Source of the DNA: Octopus sinensis
Taxonomy: Eukaryota
Assembly (NCBI RefSeq): GCF_006345805.1
Contig: NW_021836243.1
Span: forward strand, 1-25,219
Direction: 5' to 3'
Length of the DNA stretch: 25,219 nt
Shown here: positions 20,965 to 25,219 of the stretch, piece after piece
Position numbering within the stretch: the first letter of the stretch is position 1
Layout of the letters: each line of letters begins with the position of its first letter
The notes under the pieces: generated by a model
What the model was told of the DNA's origin: nothing
Databases searched by the model: none
The model's input: only the letters and a program-made list of their open reading frames with translations
Program-made: the position numbers and the translations under genes

Positions 20965-23919
20965 AATGCCTCAGAGACCTGCTCAGACGCTTTCAACTGT
21001 CTGACAGGTTTCGACTAGACCACCCGAATGCGCAAACGTGGACATGGAGCAACCGCATGGGGTCGAGACGAGATCGTATCTAGATAGGATACTGTGTAGG
21101 ACAGTAGATAGAGATAGCATAGGATGTCCACAATTCCACATAGCAGCTACACGGATCACAAACTTGTGACATGTACGCTAGACTTAGGTAAGACACTTAG
21201 GCAGGGTCCCGGAACTGGAAACTAAACGCGTCTTTCCCATCGAGACAAGTTTTCAGAGACCGGATTAGCACACTAATAAAGAGGGCTTTGACGGGAGCCA
21301 TCATCAACAACAATGGTGTTTGCCCTCAAGAGAGCAGTAAAAGCAGAAAGCGATTAGGTACAGCAAAGCACTAGCCATAGATAGAAATAGAGTAGAGGGT
21401 GAGCTAGTTAAGAAGCTAGAAGAGGCAATTAGAAGCGGCATCGCATCCGACGTTTTGGCGGCGAGGTTGGCCCTCGACCAACACTTCAACGCCAAACACG
21501 AAGGATGTGCTGTCAGAGCTAGGATGCGTGCTCTAAGGAACGAAGGTGTTGGAGCCGCGAGAGAGGCCCGGGTGGCAGAGGCGCAACAGGGCAACAAAGC
21601 CACATTCGGTCACTGGTAGATGAACAGGGGGCGAATTGCTCGAGCCAAGTAAAATGTGTGAGGCCTTTCAGCAGCATTTTGCCCGACTGTTCGGAACGAG
21701 TGGAGGGCAAGAACGTAGGGTGGACTTCAGTGCCTACCTACATAGCCTACCACGACTCTCGACAAGAAAGACAGAAGAGGCAGGGTGCTGCGAAGGTGCC
21801 ATCACCGGCGGCGGAAGTGCGGGAAGCGATGGCAGAATGCTCGAGGGACAAATCACCGGGTTTGGATGGTCTACCCTACGAGCTTTACAATTGTATGCCA
21901 GACTGTTTGGAGATCTTGGCGGCGGTGTACTGCAACTGGCAGCAAAACGGGAGCATTCCTGGTTTTGTGAGCCGAGGAGCCGTAACACTGCTGAAGAAAG
22001 ATCTAAACAGGGAAATGTAATAGATAACTTTAGGCCCATCACTCTGCTTAATGCAGACTTGAAAATTTTGGCCAAGGTGCTAGCCAAGAGGTTGGCGCTT
22101 GTCATCGAGAAACTGGTCGACAAGGCGCAAACATGCGCCGTGCCAGGCCGGACCATCCATGACAACCTCCATCTGATGCGCTACATCATAGACAGGGTAG
22201 TTAACGAACCTGGCATGGGTGGGGCCCTGATCAACTTGGATCAATCAAAAGCCTTTGATAGGGTAGACCATCGATACTTGGAGGCAGTCCTGAGAGCGGC
22301 TGGTTTCGGGTCCCGTCTTCCGCGGCTGGATAGCTGCCTTGTACAGAGGCATCCGTTCGGTAATTCGCGTAAATGGACATCTATCGAGACCTTTCGACAT
22401 TGCACGTTCGGTCCGTCAGGGATGCCCCCTCTCGGCGCTTCTATACGTATTGACTCTTGAGCCACTACTGCGGAAGCTGGCGACTCTAAGGGGCATCCCG
22501 CGAGAATTGGGATGCGGGACGAGCGTGTCTGCATACGCGGACGACGTCACCGTCATAGTGTCTAGCCACGAGCACATCGAGCTGGTCGGCGAGACACTGA
22601 AAAACTACGAAGCGGTGACAGGAGCGAAAATCAACCGGGAAAAGTCAGTGGGCTTGCGACTAGGCACCTGGAAAAGCAAGCCCATGCCGTCCACCAGCGC
22701 CTCCGTCGTGGGACGCTGGACCGACGGCCCCGGTTGAGTTGCTCGGGGTCTGGTTTGGTCCGGACCTCCAAGTGGAGAAGAACTGGAACGAGATAACGAG
22801 TAGGGTGGTCACTCTCGCCCGGCAATGGGCCGAGAGGAAACTGTCCCTAAAAGGTCGAGCGGAGGTGGCGAACACGTACATCGCGTCCGTCATCTACTAC
22901 CGCCTGACCGTCGTACCTTGTCCCGACCCTACCATCACCAAACTACAACGCATCCTCTTTCGCTTCTTGTGGAAAGGATGCGTCCCGATGGTCAGGCGAT
23001 CCATTTGCTGTCAACACCCGTTAAAAGGGGGCTGGGCATGCCGTGGTTGATGATGCGCAGACACGCGCTGAGACTGCGACATCTCTGGCTCTGTAGACGA
23101 CGGTGAACAGGTGTGGTCGCCGTTTGTGAGGCACGCTTTCCCGCAGCTCGTCTCCATGACCGAACTGCAGTCGTGGATCAAAAAGAGGCCGAGGAAGGGC
23201 GAATGGCACCGCGAGTGTCGCGTTGCTCTCAAGCAACTCTGCCGTCCTGGGTCGACCTTAAGTGACTTCAACACAACCAAAGCATTCTATAGGGGTTTAG
23301 TGGAGGGGAGGTACGACGACGAGCTCGGGGCGAACCTGGACGTCGACGAGGAGTACCTGACCCGCCTGTTCGGGACGACTTTCGGGCCAGGGCCCATGGA
23401 CAACTTCCAGAGATCCCTGGCCTGGCAGTGCTACCGAGAGAAGCGCTACCCGTTCGGGATAAGCTCTACAGACACGGCTCGAGAAACACGGGGCCGACCT
23501 GCCCGAGATGCGGTCAGAGCGACGAAACCGTTCTGCACGCACTCGTTCAGTGTCCAACAATTTCCGACCTGTGGGCTTATGTCGAACAACTGCTGTCACG
23601 TGTGGGACGAGTCGGTTTATCAGCTGAGTCTATCGTCAATATTGTCACGCCTCCTTCCTTCAAACGGGAAGGAAGAGCTATTTTCATCATCCTTGTGGCT
23701 ATGGCGAAAGAATGTATCTGGTGGACGCGTCTGAAAGGATTGGAGACAAACACTTTCCTCTCTGGTCAATCTCTCATCAACTTCTTCAAGTACCACTTGA
23801 AAAGGAAAGTGAGAGTAGAGAGGCAAGTTTTGTCTAGCGAATGTTTTAAAAAAAGATGGGTGAATGTAGCAAGAATGGCACGTATGAATGACGAAGCCAC
23901 CTTGAGCATAGTCCTATGA
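20965..23919 (+). pseudogene. Frameshifted ORF2: APE endonuclease C-half, reverse transcriptase, zinc knuckle
   Basis: EN: HPNAQTWTW, SYLDRIL, YTDH, GPGxWKLNAS. RT: KSPGLDGLPYE, NFRPITLLNAD, LDQSKAFDRVDH, VRQGCPLS, YADD, LGVWFG. C-terminus: CPRC…ETVLHALVQC. Stop at 23917-23919. At least ten frame changes. Confidence 0.93.
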
Positions 23920-24126
23920 ACCCAGAAATCGAAAACAGAGAGTTGCTTATTTGCAAAAAAAAAAAAAAAAAAAAGAAATATAAAATGTGACTTCATTGAC
24001 CGAGGTTACCGTGGTCTTTTCCGTAGGCTTTTCTTTCCACGGGTAAACCTCACCTGTCCTCCCCTTTACACTTCATATTGACATTTCTGTGATAACGATC
24101 CCTATTGATCAATTTTTTTTTCCTCT

Positions 24127-24160
<34 letters not shown>

Positions 24161-24220
24161 CACCCCTTTTTTTCCTCTTTCTCTCCTTTTACGATCCCTT
24201 TTGATCGAAAACTCCCCCTT

Positions 24221-24254
<34 letters not shown>

Positions 24255-24321
24255 TTCAAAGAAAAAGCTCTACCTTGTAATTTGTTCTATCTGTGTGCAG
24301 CCCTGTGTGGCTAATAAAGAA
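20965..24321 (+). mobile_element. 5'-truncated L1-group non-LTR retrotransposon, probably Tx1 clade, copy 2
   Basis: EN-RT-CCHC ORF2 architecture and a ~400-bp 3' UTR ending AATAAAGAA. No ORF1 or 5' UTR because truncation falls inside the endonuclease. Confidence 0.9.
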
Positions 24322-24332
24322 CTATCTATCTC

Positions 24333-24385
<53 letters not shown>

Positions 24386-24389
24386 TTAT
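24322..24389. repeat. (CTAT)n tract, 3' flank of copy 2
   Basis: Seen directly. Confidence 0.95.
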
Positions 24390-24579
24390 CTGCATACACA
24401 CATATTATACATGCATATATAGATTTATACACAGAAATAATATGTATATTAAAACTAGGTTCATCAGGGATCCCAGATGAACCTGCCTCTCAGCAGGAAA
24501 CACAGATGCGGGCAGCGGCATCGAACTCTTGTTGATTAAGTGCCACGATCAGAGGTGGTTTCACATACTAGTGCAGCTC

Positions 24580-24652
24580 ATTCAACGGTTGGTGTTGCAG
24601 CATGGCCGCTGGCTCCGGCTGCTGAAACATTTTTAAGGATTTAAGGATTTTA
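24580..24652 (+). mobile_element. Degenerate SINE 3' tail
   Basis: ggtgttgcagcatggccgc…ctgaaaca followed by an aaggattt tandem tail. Confidence 0.45.
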
Positions 24653-25219
24653 TTTATACCTATATACACACATACAATCTAATTCACGCCAGGTCTTTGA
24701 GTCCATTGAAATAATATACGTTAGCGTCTTCGGTACATTCAACATAATCTGTGAACTCTTCCTAACTGATATTCTTCATAGAATTTAGGATTCTTCACAG
24801 TAAATCATAGTTATTTGCAGAATCATAATAATATTAACAGAACCTATCAGTCCTTACAGATTCCTTTCATTATTAACAGAATCGATTCTTTATCGAAATA
24901 ACCTCATCGTTACGTACCCAATGGGTTCATTATTAACATAAACCTATCATTATTAATACGAGCACGTTATTATTTAACGTTCTTATATCATTATTCAAAG
25001 TCCTGCCATTCTTTTAACAAATTCTGTAATTATTTGAAAACTCATCATTGTTTATTTACAAATCGATCAAATAGGATACAGTAGTTTAACGACTGATGCC
25101 AAGAAAATATGATTCTGGGATTAAACGAAAAGAATATTGAGCCAATGTTATTAACGTTGATTATTAATAGCATTGCAATTATATTATGATACGACATTGG
25201 ATGTAACACGCATGTTTTC

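Noticed and set aside
21304-23996. Minus-strand and off-frame ORFs within the retrotransposon
   Set aside because: These are shadow frames of a GC-rich ORF2 with no independent motifs.

Overview
This is repeat-dense, AT-rich animal non-coding DNA, most likely from an octopus (inferred from my recognition of the SINE families and the extreme (AT)n/(TATC)n/(CA)n load; not database-checked). I found no supportable host protein-coding exon. Nearly all ORFs in the track are translated microsatellites or antisense frames of repeats. The only substantial coding sequence is a 5'-truncated, frameshifted ORF2 of an L1/Tx1-type non-LTR retrotransposon (C-terminal half of the APE endonuclease, RT, CCHC zinc knuckle; 20965-23919). 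It is preceded by a second, shorter, nearly identical 5'-truncated copy (19913-20698). Two systems stand out. (1) Both retrotransposon copies sit inside (TATC)n tracts in apparently the same register, suggesting a (TATC)n/(GATA)n microsatellite-targeting Tx1 family. (2) There is a set of small hairpin/palindromic elements, several with minimal type-I hammerhead ribozyme motifs of the Penelope-like kind. One of them appears as a filled site next to its empty paralogous (TA)n site in a local duplication. The rest is tRNA-derived SINEs, RTE and CR1-like LINE ends, MITE-like TIR elements and microsatellites. Coordinates were counted by hand and may be off by a few bases. Family names are tentative without Dfam/Repbase searches.
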